Assembly: GCA_965644315.1 (NCBI GenBank)
Contig: CBFFRQ010000013.1
Span: forward strand, 744,001-808,000
Direction: 5' to 3'
Length of the DNA: 64,000 nt
Origin: Caecitellus pseudoparvulus
Lineage: Eukaryota > Protista > Bigyra: Bicosoecida
Part shown: one piece after another, positions 40,831 through 49,823 of the stretch
How positions within the stretch are numbered: the first letter of the stretch is position 1
Layout: every line of letters begins with the position of its first letter
Translations under genes and position numbers: made by a program
The notes under the pieces: model-generated
Told to the model about the DNA's origin: nothing
The model's input: only the letters and a program-made list of their open reading frames with translations
The model's database searches: none

Positions 40831-43800
40831 GGCCGCCCCACTCACGCTCCTCCCTTCGCCGCACCGCCTCCGCACGCCCCTGTCGGCCCCGCACCACAGC
40901 TTGCACCTTACTTGCAGCCGCGTGCTCCTCCGCAGAGGCGCGCGCAGCTTGGGGTTCAACTGCCCTACCCTCCACAGATGCAGCTGCCTCTGCCTGACTT
41001 CGGCTCGCCACCTGCTTCCGTGTCGCCCGGCCCCTGGCTGCGGCCTGGATGCGAGTAGCGGCAGCTGCCTCCGCCTTGCTCTGGCTCGCCACCTGCTTCC
41101 GTGTCGCCCGGCCCCTGGCTGCGGCCTGGATGCGAGTAGCGGCAGCTGCCTCCGCCTTGCTCTGGCTCGCCACCTGCTTCCGTGTCGCCCGGCCCCTGGC
41201 TGCGGCCTGGATGCGAGTAGCGGCAGCTGCCTCTGCCTTGCTCTGGCTCGCCACCTGCTTCCGTGTCGCCCGGCCCCTGGCTGCGGCCTGGATGCGAGTA
41301 GCGGCAGCTGCCTCTGCCTTGCTCTGGCTCGCCACCTGCTTCCGTGTCGCCCGGCCCCTGGCTGCGGCCTGGATGCGAGTAGCGGCAGCTGCCTCCGCCT
41401 TGCTCTGGCTCGCCACCTGCTTCCGTGTCGCCCGGCCCCTGGCTGCGGCCTGGATGCGAGTGGCGGCAGCTGCCTCCGCCTTGCTCTGGCTCGCCACCTG
41501 CTTCCGTGTCGCCCGGCCCCGGGCTGCGGCCTGGATGCGAGTAGCGGCAGCTGCCTCTGCCTTGCTCTGGCTCGCCACCTGCTTCCGTGTCGCCCGGCCC
41601 CGGGCTGCGGCCTGGATGCGAGTAGCGGCAGCTGCCTCCGCCTGGCTCAGGTCTCGGCTGTGTTCAGAATCACCCGGTGGTGCGACAGACGGGCCCTCTT
41701 GCACTGGCTGGTGTGCCTGGCGCCCCCTCATCACCGGCGTGAAGGCAGGGGCAGAGGCAGACGAGCCCAACGCAGTGGCCAGCAGAGGCTCTAACTCCGC
41801 AGTGCTGACCACGCCGCCGCCCAGGGAGGCAGGCGGGGGGGCAAAGGCCTGTCCAGACTCCACCGCCTTCCGCAAGGACTTGACAGAGGGGGGGCGGCCC
41901 AAACTGCGCATGCTCGCTCGTGACTTGCTTCGGCCGAGAACGGGCGAAGTGAGCAGCGAGCCGCCTGGCCCAGGCGTCAAAGCAGCAGTCTTGGCCAGCG
42001 AGTCCAAGTAGGAGGAGGAGGAGGAGGAGCCTATGACGACCCCCCGTGGCCCGCCGCGCTGTGTGACCCGGGCAGGTGGTGGAGAGTACTCGCCTGGCCC
42101 TGGCGTGCTCCGGGCAGCAGCTTCACTCTGCTCCAGGTGGCCCTTGGGTTTGCTGCCTGAGATGACGGCCAGCTTGGGCGCTGGGCGGAGCAAGGCCTCG
42201 TTCACCACGTACGTGCCTGGCCCGGGCAAGTCTCGGCTGGCAGCGGCCGCCGAATGCAGCTCCGCCAACCTGCCTCTGCGCGGCGCACCCCACTTGCCAA
42301 CACCCTTGCCACGCCCCTTGGCGAGCGTGTCCGTGAATGACGGCAGGACGTACTCTCCAGGTCCAGGCAGAGTGCGCTTGGCACGGGCTTCCTTCTTCAA
42401 CGCATCAGCCTTGATGCGCTCAGCCGCCTGGCGCTCCGCCCGCTCGTGTGCGAAGGCGTCCTGCATGCTCCGCAGCACCTCCATGCGCTGCATGCGGGCG
42501 GCATACTGCTGGGCCACGAGCTCTTGCCGGTACTCCCGCTCACGGGCGATGCGAGTGGCATTGGCCCTGCGCTGCTGGTCCCGGGCCCACTTGGCTGCAT
42601 CGCGCTGGGCAGCTTCTTCCGCCAGCCGCTGGCGCTGGCGTGTGAGGACCTCCTCCTTGTGCTGCATGCGTTGCTGCAACTCAGCCAGGCGCCGCTCGTG
42701 CTCACTGTCTGCTGCCGCGCGGTTCCCCTCCCTGCGCTGGCGCCTGTAGTCCGCGATGAAACGCCTCATGCGTTTCTCCTCCTCCTTGCGCTCCCGCCGC
42801 GCTGCGTCCTGAGCACGCTCCTCCTCTGCCGCTGCCAGGGCTGCAGCTGCCTTTTCATCCTCCATCTGCAGCTGGCGCTGCCGAACAGCATCACGCTGCT
42901 GCTCCCGAGCAGCCTGCACCATGAGTTTGACCCGGGCTGCAGTGGCCTCCTCGTCAGCCTTGGCGGCAGCTTTCTCGCGCTCAGCGGCGACTTGGGCATC
43001 CCACGCAGCACGGCGCTCCTGGTTTGCCTGCATCTCAGCCTGCAGCACTCGCTGCTGGTGCTCTCGGGTCACTTCAGCACGCTTGATAGCCTCTGCCTCC
43101 GCTTCCAGATGCCGGTGCAGGTCAGCCTGGATGGAGGTGCTCACTGCACCGGCGGCCATCTGACTCATCGCGTGCTCCTCGGCAGCGATGTCCATCTGAG
43201 ACAGCACTAAGGCGAGTGTCATGGCCCTGTGCCGCAGCACGTGCTTCTGCCGCAGCTGCAGGGTGGTCCGGGGCGTACCTGGCCCGCGACGGTACTGCTC
43301 CAAGCTCTCGCCTTCGCACGATTTGACGTCGGCAGGCACGACCCCCACCTGCAATGCAGCAAGTCGGAAGAGCGGATCGCCCTTCATGCTCTCCAAGCCC
43401 TCCTCCGTCTGCAGCAAGTCCCGGGCCTGCGCCAGTCGGCGCTGATCCACGCGTGATGCGTCCGTAGGGGGGACGTACCCGGCCACCGACCCAGGCATGG
43501 CGGCCGAACGGAGAGACGAAGTGGACGAGCGAGTGCCGGGTCGCATACCTGCTACGCTGGCAGACGTCTGCATGCGCTGCTGGCTGGGGCGACGCCGGTG
43601 GGCGCTGTGCTGGCGCAGGGCGGCGCTGGCAGGTCGCTTGCGAGCAGGCTTCTTGCCCCTGCCTTTGCGGGCACGGATGGGGGTGTGCAGGGCTGACATG
43701 GCACCGCTTCGCCGGCCCTTGAGCGAGCCCTGCCTGGGGGGGTCCTCTTGCACCAGCAGATCAGAGTGCATGGCAGTGGGGGACAAGCCAGAGCCAGACC

Positions 43801-44254
43801 GCGCCGGGTGAGCTGCATCGTCGTCACTCCACCCCGGTCCGCCTGCGGTGGTGGGCCTGCCGCCCTTGCCCCTGCTGCCTTCAGAGGAGTGCGCTGAGCT
43901 GCGTGAGACGTGCTCTGGATCAGGCCGACGACTGCCGTGGCGGGAAGAAGTGCCTCGGGTTGCTGGACGACTGTCGCTGCGACCTTTCGACGCATCTGTT
44001 CCCAGGAGCGGCCCTGTGTCAGCCCACAGGGAAGCAGAGGAGTCAGCGTGACCCTGTTTCACTGTAGTTGCTGCATGTGCGCTGCCTCCTGCTGCAGGCA
44101 GCTGAGGAGTGGAGCTGGAGTGGCCCGGCGCAGGCTGAGTGCCCTGCCACGCGCGGGATGCCTTGGCTGGTGGAGTTCGGCGGGAGCCTCCCGGTGGACC
44201 TCGCGCGGCGTGCCCCAACCTGTCATCTGAGTGGAATCGACTTCGTGCCTCCAT
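40820..44254 (-). CDS. Coiled-coil protein with SHIPPO/STPGR (PGPGxY) repeats and tandem IQ motifs; probably flagellar
   Basis: LPGPGEY, LPGPGTY, TPGPGEY, TPGPG motifs; 8 x TRIQAAARGRATRK; final KVQAVVRGRQGR; long E/R/Q-rich coiled coil. Confidence 0.8.
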   Translation of the reverse strand: MEARSRFHSDDRLGHAARGPPGGSRRTPPAKASRAWQGTQPAPGHSSSTPQLPAAGGSAHAATTVKQGHADSSASLWADTGPLLGTDASKGRSDSRPATRGTSSRHGSRRPDPEHVSRSSAHSSEGSRGKGGRPTTAGGPGWSDDDAAHPARSGSGLSPTAMHSDLLVQEDPPRQGSLKGRRSGAMSALHTPIRARKGRGKKPARKRPASAALRQHSAHRRRPSQQRMQTSASVAGMRPGTRSSTSSLRSAAMPGSVAGYVPPTDASRVDQRRLAQARDLLQTEEGLESMKGDPLFRLAALQVGVVPADVKSCEGESLEQYRRGPGTPRTTLQLRQKHVLRHRAMTLALVLSQMDIAAEEHAMSQMAAGAVSTSIQADLHRHLEAEAEAIKRAEVTREHQQRVLQAEMQANQERRAAWDAQVAAEREKAAAKADEEATAARVKLMVQAAREQQRDAVRQRQLQMEDEKAAAALAAAEEERAQDAARRERKEEEKRMRRFIADYRRQRREGNRAAADSEHERRLAELQQRMQHKEEVLTRQRQRLAEEAAQRDAAKWARDQQRRANATRIAREREYRQELVAQQYAARMQRMEVLRSMQDAFAHERAERQAAERIKADALKKEARAKRTLPGPGEYVLPSFTDTLAKGRGKGVGKWGAPRRGRLAELHSAAAASRDLPGPGTYVVNEALLRPAPKLAVISGSKPKGHLEQSEAAARSTPGPGEYSPPPARVTQRGGPRGVVIGSSSSSSYLDSLAKTAALTPGPGGSLLTSPVLGRSKSRASMRSLGRPPSVKSLRKAVESGQAFAPPPASLGGGVVSTAELEPLLATALGSSASAPAFTPVMRGRQAHQPVQEGPSVAPPGDSEHSRDLSQAEAAAATRIQAAARGRATRKQVASQSKAEAAAATRIQAAARGRATRKQVASQSKAEAAAATRIQAAARGRATRKQVASQSKAEAAAATRIQAAARGRATRKQVASQSKAEAAAATRIQAAARGRATRKQVASQSKAEAAAATRIQAAARGRATRKQVASQSKAEAAAATRIQAAARGRATRKQVASQSKAEAAAATRIQAAARGRATRKQVASRSQAEAAASVEGRAVEPQAARASAEEHAAASKVQAVVRGRQGRAEAVRRREEREWGGLRY
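41002..41646 (-). repeat. Coding minisatellite, 81 bp x about 8 (27-aa IQ-motif unit)
   Basis: GGATGCGAG recurs 8 times at an 81-bp period (41047, 41128, ...); units differ at only a few synonymous positions. Confidence 0.95.
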
Positions 44255-44532
44255 GAGGGTGCCTGGGGGCGAAGGTCACCCTGAGCAAGGTCGGCGTTCG
44301 CCAGCTGCGCGAGGGAGTGCACACCAAGTCAGCACACTGTCCGGCACACGGCGTGGGTCGGCGCTAAAGCATTCAACGTTCGATGCCCTGGGTGGTGTAT
44401 GTTCCACTGGAACAACTTGGTTGCGCTGTTACGTGTATTTTGATTTTCCATGGAGCCTTCGGGAGCACACACGACGACCGGGCGTTTCTGCCCCCAGCAC
44501 CCGGCGGCGGCGTTTCTGCTGCCTCGCATCCA

Positions 44533-47500
44533 CTACATCGGCGCGTGCAGCACAATGACTTGCACGCTGATGTCACGCGCACCAACGATGCGCTGCAGCT
44601 CCGTAAAATTCACGACTGCTCCCAGCTCTGGCAGTTGCTTGAACGCCCTCGCAGCTGCGGAGATATCTGCGTCTGTGAGCTGCCGAAGCTCGGCTTCGGT
44701 CAAAGCGGCACCAGACGCAGCTTCACTTACTCGCAGGTGAGATGCCTTGCTGCGGTCCAGGCGCTGTTGGATGAGGTGCCGTAAGTGCTCCCGCACCCGC
44801 CCAACGGTCCCGTCCACTGCAGATACGGCTGAAGTCAACTGAGCACACACTTGAGCGAAGCGTGCAGTGGCCTCCAGAGCCACAGTTTCAGCTGCCGCGA
44901 GAGCGACAGCGTGCCACCTTGCACACCGCTTGAACTGCAGCTCGGATGGCAGAGTGGGCGCGGTAGCAGCGCTTGCCTTCGTCGCAGAGAGAGGGGAGGC
45001 TATTGACGTGACGCCGGACGTGATGTCCTTCCTGATTCCCACAGGCAGAGACAGACTTGTGTGGGGAGTGGCCACAGATGGCTTGCCAGCGTGCGAATGG
45101 CTGCTGGAACCCCCCGGGACCCTCCACCCGCCAGGAACGAAGGGGTCCGCATCATGGTAGCCGTGTGCCATGCTGCCGCTCTCGTCTGTGGCGTCGGGTT
45201 CGTCCTCCTCAGACTCAGCAGCGCCGTACTCGCGCAAGTGCCGGTTCGAAGCGCCAGCTGGCAGGGCCCACTCGGCCACAGGCACGGGCTTCACAAGCGC
45301 GCGCCTTCGCCTCCTCCGGCTGCCCTCCTGGACAACAACACGAGAAGCAGCGCAGAGCAGTGCTTGGGGGTGCTCAGAGACGATGGGGGGCATGATGCGC
45401 CTCGTGTAGGCGGCTTCGTCGAGCTGGGCGTTGTACCCTTCATCCTGCAAGTGCTTGGCAGCCTCTGCAAGTCTGCGGGCCCGAGATCCCTCTTGGTCTC
45501 TGCCCCACCGATGCTCAACCATGTCCTTCGCAACTTGAAACTGCTGCAAGGCATTTCCTAGCTTCAGGCACCTCCGCACCATGTCCCTGCCGTCTGCCGC
45601 TTCATTTGCGTGACCGTCCAACTCCGTCAAAGAGCCGCCCCACGCAAGGCTGTCCAAGACATCATGGACGATGTCGCTGACTGCTTGGGTGGACAGCACG
45701 CTCCACACTGCCCCGGACGCAATGACCAGGAATCGGTCGTGCACCGTCAGGCGGTGTGTCGTCACCTCGGGGTTGTGCAAAAGACCCGAAGGAGCCCAGG
45801 CTGCACCCCCCAACGCCCGACTGCACCAGACAGACCCCAGGCCTGACGTGGCATGGGTCAGCACGATGAGGCGTTCAAAGAGTTCTGTCATTTGCTGTGC
45901 AACCAGCAGCGAGACGACACCGCATCGGAGCGCGATGTCAATCTCCTCGCGATATCCACGCAGCGTCCCGGGCAGCGTGGACAGCGCATCTGCCACAGCA
46001 TGCCGCAGCTGGGCGTTGCGCTCGCGGGCAGATCTGGCGGTGGCCAGCCCCCATGGATCACGCCCGCTCATACCTGCGGTGACCTGTCGGTGAAACGCCT
46101 TGGGGAGTAGGTCCCCTGCGTCCCACAGTCGGGCCCGAACTTCCGCCGCCCCTGCTGCCCCACGGCCGCCCTTGGACAACATGGAGGAAGTCGCTGCAGT
46201 GATGAGGGCGTGGAGGGGGAAGAGCAGGACCACCCAGGGCAAGCCACTTCCCGCACTGAGCCCGTTCGGCGAAGCCATCGCGATCAGCTCGTCGCCACCA
46301 ACCACTCCTTGGCTTGAGGTGTGCCCGGTCCCTGCCGCGGATGCCATGAGAGCCCGAAGTGCCTGCTGACTGCCTGACGCGAAAGTGCCGGCAGCGTTGC
46401 CCATCGTGGCAGCTGCGGCCACTGCTGCCGCCTTCGCAGCCTTCGCAGCCTCTGTGCGTGTCACGTTCTGCATCAACGCCGTCGTGCCCTCGGTCTGACC
46501 ACCGACGTCTGAGTCAAGGGAGGCTGCAGATGCGTTGCCCCCCACATAGGCACCAGCGGTGTAGGCCATCTCAGAGGGAGCCACGGAGGCGGCAGGCACA
46601 CTCAGCTCTGGCTCCGGAAAGGCCGCTGCCAATGCTTCCAAGTGAGCTTCGGACAGGCCCCCGTCCTCGGGTGTCTGTGCGGAACCTTCCGCCGCCTCAA
46701 GCCGCTCACGGCCACGCACCTTACCAAAGAGGGCCACCGCTGTACCTACAACCCCTCGAAGATTGTGCAGGGTGTACTTGAGCAGGGGAATGGTCATGCC
46801 AGCGGCACGGTGCAGTCGCATTGCCTCATCTGGTCGACTCAAGTGCTGCTCCAGGCACAGCGGTCTGCCCAGACTGATAGTGCGCAGGCCACCCACGGCG
46901 TCGTACAGCTGTAGAGGGCGCAAAATGCCACTTGCAGTGCCCTCTTCAGTGGGACTGGTCTCCGCGATGTGTGTGAATGAGACTGGTTTGAGGGGCGTCG
47001 AGATGAGGGCGTCGGTGACCTGCAAACTGTCCAGGCCTGTGACCCCTGTGGGTCCATCCTCCTCTTCTTCCCCCTCCTCCTCCTCCTCCTCCTGATCCTC
47101 CTCTGCAATGCCTGACGCCTGTGGTCGAGCTGGGCTCCTCAGGGCTTTTAGCAGGGGGAGGCTTGAGCTGGACGACGCCCGCCGGAGTAGCAGCCCCGGG
47201 GGGCCGGCCAGCGGCGGGATGTTCCTCCCTCGGCGCCTTTGTTCGACCTTGGCCAGTGTGACGGCCATGCGGTGCGCCTTCTGCGGATTCTCATACGTTG
47301 CTTCTGCCTCCCACAGCGTGGACAGCAACAGAGGCGCCAGCGCCTCGCCAGCCTCCGCCTCAGCCATGCCGCCCGGAAGAGTGCGGCGAGTGAGCAGGGG
47401 GGAGGCGAGGCTCCCCTTCGCGCTGAGAACGGCACTGCTGGAAGGCAGTGCCCCTGTGCTGGCGCTGGTGGAGAGACCGTGGACACCACGCAAGTACCGC

Positions 47501-48567
47501 CGCCGGCGCTGCGCTTCCTGGTCACTGCGTTCCTCCTGCCGTTGCGCAAGAACGCGCTGGGTAGCAGACTGTGCAGGCAGGGTGTCCTGCTGCCAGGTCG
47601 GAGCCGCCGACTGGCCTGCCGCGGATGGACGAGGCTTGGAGTCCATGTGAGGCCATATACCGTGCATGGGTGCGCGTGCCGCGGCAACGATTCGAAAATC
47701 CCCGACGTTTGCAAGGGTTAGGAAACCATCCGCCAGCGTGACAGCGGCAGCTGTGGCGTACGTGAACTTCGAGTCCAGGCGTGGCGTGCTCGTCAGCTCC
47801 TTGTGCATGAATGTGCAGGCAGCTGCCAGTTCCATGGCTCGGGTTGCACTGGCCACCTCTGCGCGCTTGCGCTGGGAAGCGGACGGAGCACTGTTGCCCT
47901 TGACCGCCGAGGTTGGGCTTTCACCGGGAGCAAGGCTGCCTTGGCCGGTGCTCGAACGGGCACTGGACAGGAGAGACGGCCGCCGGGGCGCTGACAAGCT
48001 ACCTGTGCGGGAGCGAGAGGTAGCAGGGGTGGGGGCACCACTGATCGTCCCCTGCTTCGGTAGACCTGCAGTAGACCCCTGCCTGGGCTGCTCAGGATCG
48101 CCCGTCGCTTCCTGGGCACCACTGATGTCCGGGGGCACCCAGAGAATGCTTTCCCGAGATTGACCGTACGTCGCCATCGCAGCCATGGCCCGCTGTGCCG
48201 ACGTGGAGGGCGGCATGCGGGAGAAATAGTCTCTCCATGTGGCCACTGCAGGCAGCTCTGGCCTGCCCTGGTGTCGCCGTGAGCGGCCCAGCGCCCGTCT
48301 TCGCCGCAGCAGGGCCTCGGGCACGCAGTCCGGCTGCTTGGCACGAGCTTCCTGCACGAGCTCGGCGACAGACTCCGCAGGGGGTGAGGCAGCCGGCAGA
48401 GCTGCTGCTTTGGCGGGTGTCGAGCTTGCCGTGGGTGCGCGCTTCTTCTTTCGGCGCCGCGACCGCCGCTTCTTGGGTGGCTGAATGAGAGGCAAGTCGC
48501 AGGTGTCAGAGAGATCCCCGGTGCCCGAGCGCTGCGGCCGCGGAGAAATGTCACTTCTCGCCGACAT
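44533..48567 (-). CDS. PP2C/PPM-fold protein with very large insertions, probably catalytically impaired; start uncertain
   Basis: ATAAAVTL..LTLANVGDFRIV, HLSRPDEAMRL, CSRALGG, PEVTTHRLTVHDRFLVIASGAVWSVLSTQAVSDIV, RDISVQVIVL. Confidence 0.7.
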   Translation of the reverse strand: MSARSDISPRPQRSGTGDLSDTCDLPLIQPPKKRRSRRRKKKRAPTASSTPAKAAALPAASPPAESVAELVQEARAKQPDCVPEALLRRRRALGRSRRHQGRPELPAVATWRDYFSRMPPSTSAQRAMAAMATYGQSRESILWVPPDISGAQEATGDPEQPRQGSTAGLPKQGTISGAPTPATSRSRTGSLSAPRRPSLLSSARSSTGQGSLAPGESPTSAVKGNSAPSASQRKRAEVASATRAMELAAACTFMHKELTSTPRLDSKFTYATAAAVTLADGFLTLANVGDFRIVAAARAPMHGIWPHMDSKPRPSAAGQSAAPTWQQDTLPAQSATQRVLAQRQEERSDQEAQRRRRYLRGVHGLSTSASTGALPSSSAVLSAKGSLASPLLTRRTLPGGMAEAEAGEALAPLLLSTLWEAEATYENPQKAHRMAVTLAKVEQRRRGRNIPPLAGPPGLLLRRASSSSSLPLLKALRSPARPQASGIAEEDQEEEEEEGEEEEDGPTGVTGLDSLQVTDALISTPLKPVSFTHIAETSPTEEGTASGILRPLQLYDAVGGLRTISLGRPLCLEQHLSRPDEAMRLHRAAGMTIPLLKYTLHNLRGVVGTAVALFGKVRGRERLEAAEGSAQTPEDGGLSEAHLEALAAAFPEPELSVPAASVAPSEMAYTAGAYVGGNASAASLDSDVGGQTEGTTALMQNVTRTEAAKAAKAAAVAAAATMGNAAGTFASGSQQALRALMASAAGTGHTSSQGVVGGDELIAMASPNGLSAGSGLPWVVLLFPLHALITAATSSMLSKGGRGAAGAAEVRARLWDAGDLLPKAFHRQVTAGMSGRDPWGLATARSARERNAQLRHAVADALSTLPGTLRGYREEIDIALRCGVVSLLVAQQMTELFERLIVLTHATSGLGSVWCSRALGGAAWAPSGLLHNPEVTTHRLTVHDRFLVIASGAVWSVLSTQAVSDIVHDVLDSLAWGGSLTELDGHANEAADGRDMVRRCLKLGNALQQFQVAKDMVEHRWGRDQEGSRARRLAEAAKHLQDEGYNAQLDEAAYTRRIMPPIVSEHPQALLCAASRVVVQEGSRRRRRRALVKPVPVAEWALPAGASNRHLREYGAAESEEDEPDATDESGSMAHGYHDADPFVPGGWRVPGGSSSHSHAGKPSVATPHTSLSLPVGIRKDITSGVTSIASPLSATKASAATAPTLPSELQFKRCARWHAVALAAAETVALEATARFAQVCAQLTSAVSAVDGTVGRVREHLRHLIQQRLDRSKASHLRVSEAASGAALTEAELRQLTDADISAAARAFKQLPELGAVVNFTELQRIVGARDISVQVIVLHAPM

Positions 48568-49823
48568 GGTGCCGGAGCGAGGCACGCCGGCTCCAGCCCT
48601 GGCCGTGCGCTGGGTGGGGGAGCGCGAGATGGGCGCGTCTCGCTCAGACACGCTGGACCAGTGCCGGCGAAAGGAAGCCGCGCAGAGCGAGCCAGCTCGC
48701 CGCGCATCCAAGCCGTGTGCTGACAACATAAGTGATGTGAAGGGGGCCAGGCTCCAGCCCGTCACGGGAGCTTGCTCGGTGGCTGGCATGTGCCCTCCCG
48801 ACTTCCACGCAGCTGTCGGGCCGGAAAACGTCCCCTCGTCCTCTTGAATGGCCCACCAGGAGTGAGATGAGGCATGGCGGTGCCACCAACCTCGAGGAGG
48901 AGGGGGCTGGAGACCGAGGCTGGCTCTGTCGCGCTGCGACCTTTGCCTCCCACTGCGGCTTGGCGTGAACTGCGTACGCCCAGAGAGCAGCCAGATGGCA
49001 ACCAAGCTAAGAGTTTCAGTGGAAACATTGCAAAATCCAATGTAAGCCCTGTCCCCCGCGACATCTCGCCACGGCTGGCTGCTTGCAGCTTCCGCCTGCG
49101 TCATGCCGTTGTTGGCCGGAGCATGCCCCAAACCGAGCGCCGCAAGGAGCGCAAAAGAAAGGGGGGTGGATGCCTGAGCTCATTGAAGGCACCGCTCGCA
49201 CGTGATACTACTTCCCATTTGCACGATTCGGGCAAGGTGTCACCGCAAAGTGTGTCTGCATACCAATTTCACCCCTCACAGCTTTCACTCCTTGTGCAGG
49301 ATTGTGTACGCAGAGCCCTGAGCATCCAGGCAAGCAACGCCACACCACAGGGCCGACACGCCAACACGAGCAATGCCGCACAAGCAACATCGCGCATGTT
49401 TTTATCAACTGGAGGCTGGTATTGTGCAAAGTATGACAAGAATATTTGCCCAGGTGCAAAATTTCTACAATATACCTTCAAGTAGTCGTCGAGAAATGTA
49501 GTTTTTCGCGAGCACATATCAAGGCCCGTGTGACACGGGTAAGCTCTCTCAGTTTTACAGGGGATGACACAACAACACAGTTTTTCATGACAGAGCGCTG
49601 CAAGGGACCACAAGGTATCGTTCATTGAGATCCTTGAGGGGGGGGGGTACAAGAGCTGGCCGAAGTCCAGTTCCTGTGCACCCGGTAGCCGGCCGGAAGT
49701 GGCGAGCCAGACACTTTTGAAATCCCTGCAGCCGACTACTGACCGGCGCTTGTTCGGTAGCTTGCCTTCCCGTGCAAGGCCGGTGCGAGCAACTTGCCTT
49801 CGCGGCGTGCGAAGCGGGGCAGC

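Noticed and set aside
40808-42011. Plus-strand repeat ORFs (328 and 320 aa); CRISPR-like appearance of the repeat array
   Set aside because: These are shadow frames of the 81-bp IQ minisatellite. The units are contiguous with no unique spacers, so it is not a CRISPR array.
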